Assembly (NCBI RefSeq): GCF_006345805.1 | Contig: NC_042999.1 | Location: 129,518,001-129,582,000 of the forward strand | Direction of reading: 5' to 3' | DNA length: 64,000 bases | Origin: Octopus sinensis | Lineage: Eukaryota | Shown: piece after piece, positions 11,491 to 24,172 of the stretch | How positions within the stretch are numbered: position 1 is the stretch's first letter | How the letters are laid out: each line of letters starts with the position of its first letter | The notes under the pieces: model-generated | Databases searched by the model: none | What the model was told of the DNA's origin: nothing | The model's input: the letters and a program-made list of their open reading frames with translations, nothing else | Program-made: the position numbers and the translations under genes

Positions 11491-13439
11491 TCAGTCTTAG
11501 GATCATGTAGGTTCACTTTTTATATGAAAAAAAAAACTTTTAGAGGCAGTTAAGCATTAACAATGTAAATTACTTATTTAGATATTAAAAAAAATCTTTT
11601 CAACTAAAATTAAATCAGATTAGCCACATATTATTGTACTTAGGTTGTTTCATTTCTAATATCTCAACCACATCTTTTCAGACAGCTTTCTTTAAATATG
11701 CAGCTCTTCTAAAAATAATATGACGTAAGCTGTCAGTACTGGGGGTGAAGGAGTAAATTCTTGCACGCAAGTTCTTCCAATACATTAATTAAAGGCTGCT
11801 AAAGGTTGCCAGATTTAATTAGAGTTTGGGATTATTCCAGTCACTTGAACACCACTTAACAAAACACAATGTGCAATTGTAGTTACATATGCACAAAAGG
11901 TAGTTACAAAAGTAATGGTTTGCTAGACCAAATGACTCTAGATAATAATTGGATTACACTGAGAGGCTCTTTAAACATTTTTTTTAACTATCTTCAGTTG
12001 TAGGTATAACCTAATTAAGTAATACAGGTTTCTACTTTTCCATATATGCTAATGAGCAATAACGGTAAAACACTTCATGTACTGTATATAATTTATGATA
12101 TATTTTTTTATGAAGTTGATTGTTATGGCCTATATGGCTAAGTGCTTTATAGTTGCAAAACCAACAGTCACTCTCTGAGCAGCCATAACAATCAGCTTCT
12201 TAAAAAATATATTATTGCTCTGTTTTAGAATGTGCTTCTTTTTCAAATATATGAGCTATTGAGGATTTAATTTATGATATATATAGAACCTACTATTGCA
12301 AAAGTTACGAACAAAGTGTAGTAACATTTCCTGGTATCTTCTACTTCAATAAACTCCATATATTTACTTTCAATTATTTAGAGTTATTTACTGTTTCTTT
12401 TTCTTTTAACTTTAATGAGTAGAACATTGAGAAATGAATTAAGAACCAAACTGAAGGAAGGAAAATATAAGTTATTAATTTCTAGTAACTTCACAACCAC
12501 AGAAACAGCCTTAAAATTACAAGTGTTTGACATTTGTATGTGCATCTGCACACAATGTTATGATGGTTATTAACAAGATCAAACATGAAACTAGCTGCTG
12601 TCTCTGTATGATTTTAATGGACAAGTAGGCACAAAAAAGGTCACCACAAGGTTTATATGTGAATGAGCCTCCTCAATCTCTGAAGGCCCCTTTAACTGAA
12701 GTCCTAACATTTATACTTTAGCAAACCAAGGATAGCTATAGAATGATTTAAATATCATACTATAAACTAATCAACTACTTGTTAATGAAAAGGTATAATC
12801 AATACTATAACAATGGGTTTCTGTGGTTCTAATTCACAGTTATGTAAAACTAACAGAGTTCATTGTTCGCCTAAGCATATGTAGTGGAATATAAAACATT
12901 TCACCAAAGAAGCTGATTCTTTATCAACTCAACCAGAAAGATACTTCATCATCATCAATATTGTTTAATTATTCAGTTTTGCTTTATGCAGTGTTGGATG
13001 GATCAGCAACTGAGCAGTTTGTCATGTTTCTCAATTTTTTTTTTAATCATTTCATTTGTGAAGCCTAATAGTCTAAAATTTAACCTAATCATTTACTTGT
13101 AAATCTTCCTTGATATATTTTTTACTATATAACCTCATGTGATGATAAGTTTTCAGTTTTCTACTCAGAAGGCTTCATCAATTTCTATTACATAACCAAG
13201 CTAGTATATGCCATCTCTTCTGCAGATGTCAAACAATTTCCTTATATACTCAATTATTTTGTCAACACATATGAATTCAATTTTCCTTGTAAATTAATGA
13301 CCATATTCACTCGACAATACTCAGCTATTTCCTTGCCAACCATTGCAGATCTACTCCATTGATCTATCTTTCATGTTACCATTTAACATTAAAACACTAC
13401 ATAAGTATGGAGTGAAGGTGTGCATGTGTGTATATATGA

Positions 13440-13740
13440 TGATGAGTAAAAACAAGAAATAAAGGAAAGGGTCTTTGATGTTTCAGATGTTAGGCTTTCA
13501 TCAGAGGATGAAAGGTGGAAGAAAGGAGGGAAGAGGAAAAAATGTTGCCCTATGGAGAGAAGTTAGGAAGAGGTAGAATACTGTGTACATGTATAGGAAG
13601 GTACATGTGTAAGATGGGCGTAGAGGGAGGTGCGTAAGAAGTGTGGGGGTAAAGGTAGTTAGCTAGCAATGAGTGGAAATGTGCAATACATGAGAACAGT
13701 ACATGAGAAAAAAATATAATAATATAGAAACAGGTGCGAG
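13440..13740 (-). mobile_element. Penelope-like element remnant with a minimal hammerhead-like motif
   Basis: Minus strand CTGATGA-AAGCCTAACATCT-GAAACATC (13504-13477), preceded by a pyrimidine-rich stretch, as at PLE ends. Confidence 0.5.
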
Positions 13741-13822
13741 ATTAGGGGTAAAGTCAGGAAGTCAATGTGTGTGTGTGTGTGTGTGTGTGCGCACGTGCAT
13801 GTGAGTGTAAAAATATACTTAC

Positions 13823-13951
13823 ACCTCCTGGTGCTGTGGTAACAGATTGCGTTGCTTCATATGTCTTTGGAGCATTATTACCAATTTTAGAATAAGTTTT
13901 AAATGAAGAATGTGAAAAATGGTGCCCATTTGGGTCAATTTTATTGCTCTG
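13823..13951 (-). CDS. MLF: MLF coding exon 3 (QSNKIDPNGHHFSHSSFKTYSKIGNNAPKTYEATQSVTTAPGG)
   Basis: Strong ttttttcAG acceptor and GGT|GTAAGT donor, 129 nt, phase 0-0. Matches the MLF1 signature as I recall it: DPNGHSFCSSSVMTYSKIGDEPPKVFQAS...APGG. Confidence 0.95.
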
Positions 13952-14928
13952 CTGAAAAAAAGAAAGAAAGAAAAACAATAATAATAATACCATATCATTA
14001 TTTATAGTTTGGCAGAAGTTAGAAGTGGTAGTTTATTGAATTCATAGTTATTACAACCAATAATTCATATAATTTAAATTTGAAAATAATTTTTTTCTTC
14101 ACATATTTCTAACAGAGGCAGTGTAGTCAAACTTTTAATGATGAACCTACCTGCCAAAAAAAATCAATAGCTAGAGGTTCACTAAGGTTGAAACAGAAGT
14201 GGAAGCATATTTAAATTAATTTTCCTCTATGATGGTGCATTATTACAGCTGAAGTTCATGTTTTTATTGAGAAATCATATCCGTACTACTTGTACCTTTC
14301 CAATATATAATTGACAATAACTATCATGGAATCATTATTGGCTATTCGTCAAGAGACTCATTTAAAGAAGAATATAATTTACGTTTTTCAAACATTTTTG
14401 TAATAAATTCAGGAGATGGAGAAGATGAGGATTTGAACTGGATCATTTTATCCTGGTGAACTAAATAACATAAACACAAAGGTGTACTATTTTGCTCGGC
14501 ATAATTGCTAAACAAAGAAAAAAAAAACTACCTTACTTATGATTCCAAACAAATTATTGATACCTTTTCCTATTTTCCATTTACAGCAATTTAAAGATAA
14601 TCCAACTTTACAGCTAAGTGGAACCATTGTACTAATTATTCATATATATATGTATATCTTCATATCTATTAAACAAATCTTAAGTCCCAATTTATGTAAC
14701 ACCCAAATCTATTATGTGATATACAAAACTTTTGAAAGTTATAGCAATGTTTTATCCAAATAGAAATACCAGAAAAATGACTATTTTCTGTTTTTTCAAA
14801 CCAAGGATTACTCACACACACACACGTGTGTGTCTAGTGTTTATAACAGTTTATGACATTTATATTCTCTCCAACATCACACTCTATGACAGAAAACCTA
14901 TGTACTCAGAGAATTAGAGACACTGACT

Positions 14929-14983
<55 letters not shown>

Positions 14984-14985
<2 letters not shown>

Positions 14986-15210
14986 AGGTGACCCAAAAGT
15001 AGGTTTACAGTTATTCAACTCTTGTGCATTCATATATTAACAGTTTAGACCTTAGTTATAAAATAATACAAAACCATTATTCTATGCTAATTTAATTTTG
15101 TCAAGCTCCTTTTTCAGTTTGTAAGATAGAAATTTAAATGTAATAAAATGTTTTAGAAAAAATTTAAAGTGCCTACGTGATAACTGTAAACCTACTTTTG
15201 GGCCACCCTG
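14984..15210. mobile_element. Tc1/mariner-type MITE, 227 bp, ~31-bp TIRs, TA target inside a (TA)n tract
   Basis: CAAGGTGACCCAAAAGTAGGTTTACAGTTAT ... ATAACTGTAAACCTACTTTTGGGCCACCCTG (2 mismatches), TA on both sides. Confidence 0.9.
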
Positions 15211-15329
15211 TATATATATATATATATTCAAGCATTATTTTCCTTTTGGCTTACTGGGCCTGCAGTTGAGCAACATTATTTTTATATTTGTGGAGCTGAT
15301 AATGTGCAAGAGCAATCTGCCCGCAAGCA

Positions 15330-17375
15330 AACATTCTCACAAATCCTTTTCTCAGATGTTGAAAGCTGCTCCCCAACACTACTCTTCCCACCCAATCCAC
15401 ATCCTTCAGGTAGTCACAATCAATGTAGGCACATAGAAAGATAGGCCTGATGAGCTTGTTGAAATGCTACAATGGAGGCATATAGGTGTGTGTTGCATGC
15501 AAGAAGGTGTAGGGGAGCTACAGCCAAAGAACATAGGTATAAAATCTTCTGGGAAGTCAATAGTGATAGTGTGAGGTGGGACATGCTTTTAACAGAGAAA
15601 TGAGTGGATAAAATGATCAAGGCAGTCATAGTGTGCAACAAGATACTTGAGCTTAGACTAGTTTTGGAAAATATGATTTATCAATCAGGATTGCTGGATG
15701 AACAAAAAGATTGTTTTTATGATGCCCTTTTGTAGACTACCTTAAAGAAAAATGACAGTACCATAACTTTGTGGTTAGTGACTTCAATGGAATTGTTTAC
15801 TAGCATCCTGGTGGATTCCATGGTGTGTATGGAAGCTATGGAATTTGATCTCAAAAAGAGGAGAGAACAAGGCTCTTGGAAATGTGTGATGCAAATGACC
15901 TAATGATCTGCAACACTAACTTCAGAAGCAGAATAGACAGAGGCTTGCAAATCAATGTCCTTCCCAGAAGAAAAATGTATTAACCAAGGGGTTAGTGACT
16001 TCAGACTTAAGGCTAGAAGAATTCAGAGACAGGAGCTAATCTGGAAAAGGAAGATATGGAAGCTTAAAGATTCATTGAATAGTTAGAGATATAAAGAAGT
16101 CCTAATTGAAGTCTATGATGATGAGAAGAACAGACAGAGACATGTAAGATAGAGGAGAACTTGAAATTCTTAGAGAACAGCTTATTGAAGGCTACAGACC
16201 AAATCTGTGGTGGATGCACAGTTCCAGCTAGACAAAGCGTAACATAGTAGTGAAACAGCGAAGTAGACAGAACCATAAAAGTAAACAGACAGGTTTAGAA
16301 GGATTGGAAGAATGTGGGGAGCAGAGAATTTCATGAGATAGCTGCAAGAGAAGAAGTAGAAAGAAAGAGGAAATGCTCTGCAGTTTGAAGACCACAATCA
16401 TGAGTAGTTCAAATTTACAAGACAATGTATAAGAAAACAAATCAAGATGTTATGGGAGGGAAGTGTGTACAGATGGACTATGGTATACTTGCACTTAGTA
16501 ACACTGAAAAGAAAGAGGCAATGAAGTACAACTACAAAAGGCTACTAAATGTGGAGAATGCATGGGAGAAAGTGAGTCTTCCAAGTGTGAGGGACTAGTC
16601 AGCAGTATTGTAGACAGTAGTATGATAGATAAAGCAATTAAGGATATAAAAACAAATAAAGCCTCTCCGTCTGTCAGAAATTACCACTGAGATGCTAAAA
16701 ATATCTGGTGGATTGGGATATGACCTAGTCACCTATTTAGATAATCAGATTGTATGGGAAGATACCTCACCTAACAATAGGTGTAACAGCCTTTACAATT
16801 GTAGAGGAGATATCTTAGAGAGAAGTAATTTCTGGGGTATGAAATTGCTGGACTAGGTCTTAAAAATTACAAAAAGACTATCTTCTTAATTAGTTCAACT
16901 AATTAGGAATATAGGTAGCCTAAATGAGATGCAGTTTCGTTTTGTGTCAGGGAGAAGTACCAACGATGCTCTCTTCCTTGTAAGGCAAATTCAGGAGAAG
17001 TATTCAAGCAAGAGTAAACCATTGAACTTGGCTTCCATCAATCTGGAGAAAGCCTTCAAGAAGGTCTTAGCTCCCTGATCTGATGGTCATTGTGAGAGCT
17101 TGGAGTAGATGAATGGCTGGTGAGAGCTATCCAAGTCATGTACAAGGGTTAATGAGGTGAGAGTAACAATGATTACAGTGATGAATTTAGTGTGCAAGTA
17201 GTAGCTCACCAGGGCTCAGCTCTCAGTCTCCACCTATTCATCATTGTCCTTCAGGTCATAACAGAGGAGTTTAAGATGATTTATCATTAGAACTCCTCTA
17301 CATGGATGACCTTGCTCTTACAGTTGAATATGTAACAGACTCAGAAAAGAAGTTCCAGGTATGGAAGCAGAAGTT
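15330..17375 (+). mobile_element. Decayed RTE-clade LINE ORF2 (AP endonuclease + RT)
   Basis: Recognisable remnants: DFNG, RLLEMCDANDLMICNT, QFRFVSGRSTNDALFLVRQIQEKY, LEKAF, HQGSALS, LLLHG*PC (frameshifted YADD region). Many stops and frameshifts. Confidence 0.9.
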
Positions 17376-17478
17376 AATATAGAGAGTGAAAAATAGCTGT
17401 ATGTATCTACTTACTCCTACACACACACATATAACTTTTAATTTACTTACACCTACCACTATACATATATATACATAT

Positions 17479-18135
17479 ATAATAGAGGGTACATGAAGCA
17501 CCAGCAGGTGCTTCATGTACTCTCAATTATAATTATGAATTTATTATATAGCTGTTTAATGCTAATATCGCTTGCTACCACTAATGTTATTATTGTTGTC
17601 ATTATCAATTATTTAGATGTGCCACTGATAATAACAAATAATAACATCTTTACGGGTATTCATTTGAATATTCACTAATTTTTATATAAATATATTATGC
17701 ACTGAAATTGTTTTGAATTTGGTAAGGTGAGATTGCTTTTTCATTTTAGATGTAGCAAGTCCTGCTGATAAGAATTAAGGCACTAGCCAGAATTTGAAAT
17801 CACAATTCAGATATATATGTTACCTCATTCTACAGCTTTTTAGCTGAAGTAGTATTGTAAATTCTGCTTGTTTGCCTGATTTCTGTTGGTCCGTTGAATA
17901 TTTTCAGTGAGATTGGTGGATAAGCTGGGGATTTTGACTCTGCATTTTATCAAGCTGGTGTTTCATGTACCCTCTATTATGATTATGAATTTATTGTATA
18001 GCTGTTTAATGCTAATATCGCTTGCTACCACCAATGTTATTGTTGTTGTCATAATCAATTATTTAGATATGCTGCTGATAATAACAATAAAAATAACATC
18101 TTTATGAGTATTCATTTGAATATTTACTCATTTAT
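17479..18135. repeat. Two ~185-bp direct repeats (17505-17690, 17955-18135); the first is preceded by an inverted copy of its own first 24 bp (hairpin)
   Basis: GGTGYTTCATGTACYCTC...GCTGTTTAATGCTAATATCGCTTGCTACCAC...GTATTCATTTGAATATT occurs twice. ATAATAGAGGGTACATGAAGCACC-AGCA-GGTGCTTCATGTACTCTCAATTAT forms the hairpin. Confidence 0.9.
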
Positions 18136-18140
18136 ATATA

Positions 18141-18515
18141 TACACTAGCAGTATCGCCCGGCGTTGCTCAGGTTTGTAAGGGAAATAACTATAAAGCATT
18201 TTTAGAGAGTTATAGCCAAAAAATAGCAAAAAAATGATGGTAAATTTTTTTTGAGTTAAAAAAGGTTGAGTTGCGTCCCCTAGACAGTCTGTGGTTTGTT
18301 TCTGATTCTCGACCCCATGTCGATTTTATCGATTTTTTTCAGAACTGGGGGAACTTTTCAAAATTTTCGCTGCGTTAGTTTTGAATTATGACATTGGGCT
18401 ATGTGTGTGTCAAGTTTCATCAGAATCGGTTGAAAGCCGTGGTCAGGGTGAGGGTACAAGCAAACAGACACACAGAAACACGCACAGACAAACTGCCGTT
18501 TATATATAGAGAGAT
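18141..18515 (+). mobile_element. Non-autonomous Helentron/HINE-type (Helitron2-related) element
   Basis: 5' ACTAGCAGTATCGCCCGGCGTTGCTC, AAGTTTCATCAGAATCGG, a subterminal CAGACACA microsatellite and a 3' TTTATATATAGAGAGAT end, all typical of DINE-1/HINE-like elements. CpGs are intact. Confidence 0.75.
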
Positions 18516-19129
18516 AACTACACATATATGAAAAGTAGTGCAAACCCAAATATATACCCTCACACATAATGAGGGTTCAATTAAGAAGGGTATTGCAATG
18601 AGCTTATTATTTGAATGAGTTGTCAAAGTGTCTTTATCCTCACCATTATGCCTTTCCTCTTCTTATATCTGTCTTCATGTGTGTTTCTCATTCTCTCTCT
18701 CTATTCCACTAACTGAGAGAGAGAGAGATGAATGAAAGAATGAAGGAGAAAGAAAATCACTGAATTTGCTGTCACACAAAGGTATTTTTAAATCTTTCTT
18801 TTAATGATGCTAACATTCATTCCCTACTTTCTGCATTTTGCTAATACAACTTCATTTTCACTGCCTTTCTCTGTCTCCCTTCTTAACAGTGTATAACGTG
18901 AAATTTGAAGGAAATTTGGTTGCTGTTCATTAAAATATATATATACAAAACTTCCTTGTGAGATAGTAAATAATATATATGGTTTTTGTGGGTTTCCATG
19001 TTATAATTCTCCAACACAAGGCAGATACACACACAGGTAACTCACATCTGTTCTCCATCCCTCTCTCTCAGTATATATATATATAAAATCTGTTGATATG
19101 CACACAAAAATACAAAACTTCAGACTTTG

Positions 19130-20400
19130 CTACCCATAAACTGACTGTCAGCATTCAAAGAGCAAAGAAATAAAGCCACCAGTTCTTATCCATCACCACA
19201 CTGTACAGCTCATAAGCTTTCTCACCTCACAAACTGCAGTAGCCCTTTTTAGTTCTTTGCCAAAAGGATCTCTATAGCTTTGTAGAAACTTCCTTTTCTC
19301 CATTGCTCAAACATAGTGACTCTATTAGTAGTTCTTTTTCAGAGAAAGCCTCTGCAGACTGCTTTGCATCCAACTTTACATTGCACACACTAGATAAATC
19401 TCCCTCTCAAACTATCCTTTTCTATTTTGCCTGGTTTACCTCTATATACATCTACATATGGCTTTAAAGCAAAAAAATGTAATAATTTGAAGTACTGACA
19501 ATATTCCTCCCAATGCAGAATGTCCTAATAGATCCCTCTCTAAACTATGTTCTTCCTCTTATACATCAATGACCTCCTTGTTGTTAAGCTCCAAAACACC
19601 AATTCTATTCAGATGAAACCAACTTTCACTCCTCTTTAATCTTCTGCATCTAAAAGCACAGTTACAGCCTGAATCATAAAAATATTAGTGCATCTTAGCC
19701 TAAATTTTACCCCTAAACAAGAAAACATGCAATTAGGACCCCCATAATCACTTCAAATGTTAGCCCTCCAAGCAAATGCACATCTCCAACATAGCAAACA
19801 TTGCATCACAAATGCTGACTTCCTCTTCAGAGTCAGGAAATAGTGCAACCCTTCCAAATTTACTAACCTTCTACATAGCTTAGGTCAGGTGGGATGGTGC
19901 TACAGTTTTACATACATACACTCTAGAACAGTGGTTCCTAACCTATTTTATGCCCTGCACCCCTAAAAACTTTAACATGTTCTTGCACCCCTTAAAGTAA
20001 TAATTTATATAAAAATAAAGGTGTCCGGGGCAATTGCCCTCTTTGATCCCCTATAAATCCAGCTCTGCTCACACCCCCAAGGAGTGTGAGAACCCCTGGT
20101 TAGGAAACTATGCTCTAAAATAATATCCAAAGAAAAGCCATTTGATTGACATGAAATTGCTCACTCACACTTCAACTTCTGGTCCATAATGTGTTATATC
20201 TTCTTTCTGCTTTCTTGAAGCAAAAAAATTACAATGGCTACTGCACTTTAGAGCTAGCTAGTCATATGTTACCTTCACTCAGGCGCCTGCAATTCACTCA
20301 CCTCCCTTCTTTCTCCTTCCATTACCTATTTTGGTCCACCAACACAAAGCCTACATTAACCATTGTACCTGGTTCCCTCCTACCCAGAATGAGTAATAAC
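19130..20400 (+). mobile_element. Highly decayed CR1-group (Zenon-like) LINE ORF2, interrupted by a hAT MITE
   Basis: EKA...FASNFTL, FFLLYINDLL, YSDETNFHSS (YADD-like), IQRKAI*L, YNGYCTLELAS...SLLPRMS. Confidence 0.7.
19929..20112. mobile_element. hAT (Charlie-like) MITE, 184 bp
   Basis: TIR CAGTGGTTCCTAACC / GGTTAGGAAACTATG (12/15). 8-bp TSD CTCTAGAA / CTCTAAAA, a Charlie-type xTCTAGAx site. Confidence 0.85.
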
Positions 20401-21941
20401 CAAAAGAACGAAAGGATAATATGAGTATTGAGGTGATGGAGAAATGATAATCGGGTGTTAGCAGGGCTGGCTTAGAAGTATTATAGACCCCTAGACCCCT
20501 GGGCAAATCAGTAAACTGGCTCCTATAGTATTTATTTATTGATAGCAAACCATAGCATACATAAACTAGGATTGTGCCCCTAGACTCATGAGCCACCATG
20601 GGCAACTGCCCAATCTGCCCATTCCTTAAGACAGAACTGGATTGAGGGTAATAAGAGATAGCTGCAAGTTGATAAGGGGATTGAGTAAGAAACAGTAAGT
20701 GTAGTGTGATGGGGGGGGGGGGTTCAGTAAAGATAGATAATGGCAAGAGAGAGTGATTGATGAAAGATAATTAACAGCAAGAGTGGTAGATGTGACTCAC
20801 ACAAGAGAGATAAAGTGAACACTAAACATTAGAGAAATTTCAAATTCTGACACCAAGCAAGTAATATAAACAAAGTCACGCAGCAACATTATTCATGGTT
20901 CACTTTTCATAATAATGTTATCTCGTCTGTCTTGGCAATTCTGTTTGAACACAGGAAAGTCTTTGAGTTCATGGATTATAACAGATAACGCATAACAGTA
21001 ATTAGATTGCCAACAAAAATCAATATGGAAAAATAAATAAACAATAAAAGAGCTGTAAGGATATTAAAAGACTAATTTCCTTCAACTGCATATAGTAAGA
21101 CAATGTTATTGATTCTATTTTTTAAATATCTGTGTAGTCTTATCAATATATAAGTCAAAATTATGAAAATTGAAGATTCTTAATTATAAAGAATATATTT
21201 CAGAATATTTTGAATCAATAAATCAAATTAAGCAATTTAAAATAAGATTGGTTGAACACATCCTTTATAAAGACAGATTAAGATATTTTTTGAATGAAGT
21301 CTATATTTTACCCCGCCCCATTAAAAAAAAAAGACAATTAATAAATAAAAATAATAAAATAATGGCTGAAAGTAGGTACTTGTGAAATTGGTAAAAATGA
21401 AAGTAATTATCACTGACAATATTGAAGCAAAAGGAAGCCTCTACATGATGAAATGATCTGCTCAAAAGAGCTGCCTCTTTTAAATGACATTGAATAATCT
21501 AGCAATTAGATGCAGTAATTCTGAAAAACAGATGGTATGTATGGTCATAGATCTGCTTCATAAAAGCTGGCCTGGGGCTAAACAAAAACAACACCATGGA
21601 GTAATACCTTTCTAGAAGTGTGATGAAAACTAAAAGCAAAATAGATTATAGTAATTTAATATTGCAAGTGAGAGTAATTAAACAGTGCATTATCTTAATT
21701 CTTAACACATACAAGATAGGCATAAACGTGAAATGAAAATTAATAGAACAGTAGATCTATTTAACAGTGATATTGTGGTTATTGATTGCAAGAGAAATCT
21801 TCCTTTTTCTAAGTTGGTAGACTGTTACAATAAATAATAAATATATAAACAGACAGACACACACACACACACACATATACATGTACATACAAACATATTA
21901 ACATATGCATAATATAGAAGACAGAAAGAAGTTGTAACATT

Positions 21942-22007
21942 ACCAGCAAGATTTGAACTCTGTATCTGCTGTAAACTGTATAGCTGTGCTAACCACTACA
22001 CCAAAGC
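21942..22007 (-). pseudogene. tRNA-like fragment (decayed tRNA or SINE head)
   Basis: Minus strand GCTTTGGTGTAGTGGTTAGCAC...GAGTTCAAATCTTGCTGG has A and B boxes, but no clean cloverleaf. Confidence 0.45.
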
Positions 22008-22164
22008 AATATTATAACTTTGACAGTCTAAATCAAGAGACTTAACCTAATTAGTTAACACTTCATACCAGAGGCCTGACAAGAGAATCCCATTCTATGC
22101 ATCATTAAAGTATGGTATTATATGTATATAGTACACAAGACTATATGTGTATGCGCATATATAT

Positions 22165-22515
22165 ATAAAAATGTGTGAAGACCCCCTTTGGTCATGAATG
22201 ACCATGGAATGCACCTAGAAAGTTCCCCTCCAAGGCACAAATCTGAGCAAGGTTGTTTATGGAAGACTAGCAGTCACTCATGCATAACAGCCTCCCCACC
22301 CCATGCCACTGATGCTATCCAAGGAAAAGGCAAAGGCCAATAATACAGCTTGGCACCAGGGATGTTACAACTCATTTTTACAGCTGAGTGAACTGGAGCA
22401 ACATAAAATAAAGTGTCTTACTCAAGAACACAATACACAGCCCAGTTTTGGAATCAAACTCACTACCTCATTATTGTGAGCCCAACAGTCTAACCATTGA
22501 GCAATGGGCATTCAC
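22165..22515 (-). mobile_element. tRNA-derived SINE family F (V/Meta-SINE-like core TGTGTTCTTGAGYAAGACACTTTATTT...CAGTTCACTCAGCTGTA)
   Basis: tRNA-like head at 22515-22440. A related copy lies at ~52000-52190. Confidence 0.75.
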
Positions 22516-22537
22516 TGTATGTATATGTATGTATGTA

Positions 22538-22569
<32 letters not shown>

Positions 22570-22595
22570 CACACACATGCATATATATACAGATG

Positions 22596-22750
22596 AAGGC
22601 AAGACTATATGGTTGAGAAGTTCACTTCCTAACCACGTTTTGGGTTCACTCCCACTGTATGGTACCTTGGGCAAGTATCTTCTACAATAGTTTAGGCCAA
22701 CTAAAATCCTTGTAAGTGGATTTGGTAGGTGAAAACTGAAAGAAGATTTG
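22596..22750 (+). mobile_element. SINE family A
   Basis: Matches 6708-6864. Confidence 0.8.
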
Positions 22751-22784
<34 letters not shown>

Positions 22785-22974
22785 ATGCGTGTGTTCACAC
22801 ACACATGTGTTTGTACAGAAGTACAGCACATTGTGTTATCAGTCTCTCCAGTCAACAAACTATCTGGTCGCTTTGTGCCTTTGAAGTTGTATGGAATAAG
22901 ACTTGAAAAACAGATAGATGCTAGAATCAGGAAAGATATTTGGTTGAAAAAAAAGTCTTAACATATTTTATATT

Positions 22975-23295
22975 TTACCTTTTGTTTCAGTCATTGTATT
23001 GCAGCCATGCAGGGGCACCGCATGAAGAATTTTTAGTTGAATGTATTGATCCCAGCACTTATTTTTAAAAACCCTACTCATTCTAACAGTCACTTTTGTC
23101 AAACTTCTAAGTTATGGGGATATAAACATTCCTAAACCAGTTGTCAAGTGGAAGGGGCACAGACACACACACACACATAAATACATATATTCAACAGGCT
23201 TCTTTCAGTTTCCATCAACCAAATCCACTTGCAAGGCTTTGGTCAGCCCAAGGTTATAGTAAAAATAACTTGCCCAAGGTGCTCCATTCAACACA
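22975..23295 (-). mobile_element. SINE family A, nearly full body, inverted
   Basis: TTTGTTTCAGTCATT...GCAGCCATGC...TAAGTTATGGGGATATAAAC...GGCTTCTTTCAGTTTCC...TTGCCCAAGGTG; matches 52870-53245. Confidence 0.8.
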
Positions 23296-23989
23296 TGCAA
23301 GGATGAAAAAACAAATGTAAAATGAAACACATAATAATACACACACATATACGTGCACATACATACATATACATACACATACATGGTATATGCCTGGATA
23401 CAATAGATTGTTAGCACTACTACTACTGTTCAAATATTCATGTCTGCAAATATTAGCAGTTGTTAATATCAAATTGTTTTTAACATTTGCAATAAATGTG
23501 ATGAAAGCCAGGGGACTCTAGAGAAAGTATTATAGAAATTACTATTCTAGCTCTGTATAACAGTATAAATCTAATATAGCAGTTTATGAGGGCATTCATT
23601 AATGATAGAGAATGCAGCTGCTTCAGATACAGGAACAGTATTAAACTACAAAATTCCATTATAGCTAGCAAGTGTCACAGCTTTGCTAAAACAATTGGCA
23701 GCAGCATTAATGATTATATCTAACCTATACAGTGACTGTTTCAACAAACTATACTACTCCCACAGCAAGTAATGAAATTATACTACCTAGCTAGAATACC
23801 TAAACCTTTTTGCATTGCAATACTAAGACAATGTTTGCAAAGATAAAAATGAAGACATTATGAAACCAAGAGAAACAGGTCTTTGTGGGTAATTTGATGG
23901 GAAATTTCTGACTATCCAAGATAAAGTACTGACAAAGTTGGGTATGCTATTTTGTAAAAAATGTCATTATTTTCATGGTAAAAGGGTTT

Positions 23990-24172
23990 AACCCTTTAGC
24001 CTTGAAACTGGCCAAATCCAGCCAAAATATTTTACATGTGTTAGGCCCTTCATATTTATCCCAGTATGTCATTTTAAAAAGTACAATCATATCATCAAAA
24101 TCCCAAAGCAATGAAAAAATGCATGATTAATTTGAAACAGTGTGAATAAATAAGCTAAAGGGTTCAAATACA
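23990..24172 (-). mobile_element. TTAA-target (piggyBac-like) MITE family E
   Basis: TTAACCTTTAGC ... GCTAAAGGGTT ends. Internal sequence shared with 33582 and 62269. Confidence 0.7.

Noticed and set aside
14255-14450. ~62-codon plus-strand open stretch (YSSRDSFKEEYNLRFSNIFVINSGDGEDEDLNW)
   Set aside because: No start codon or in-frame splice sites, antisense to MLF, and no recognised family.
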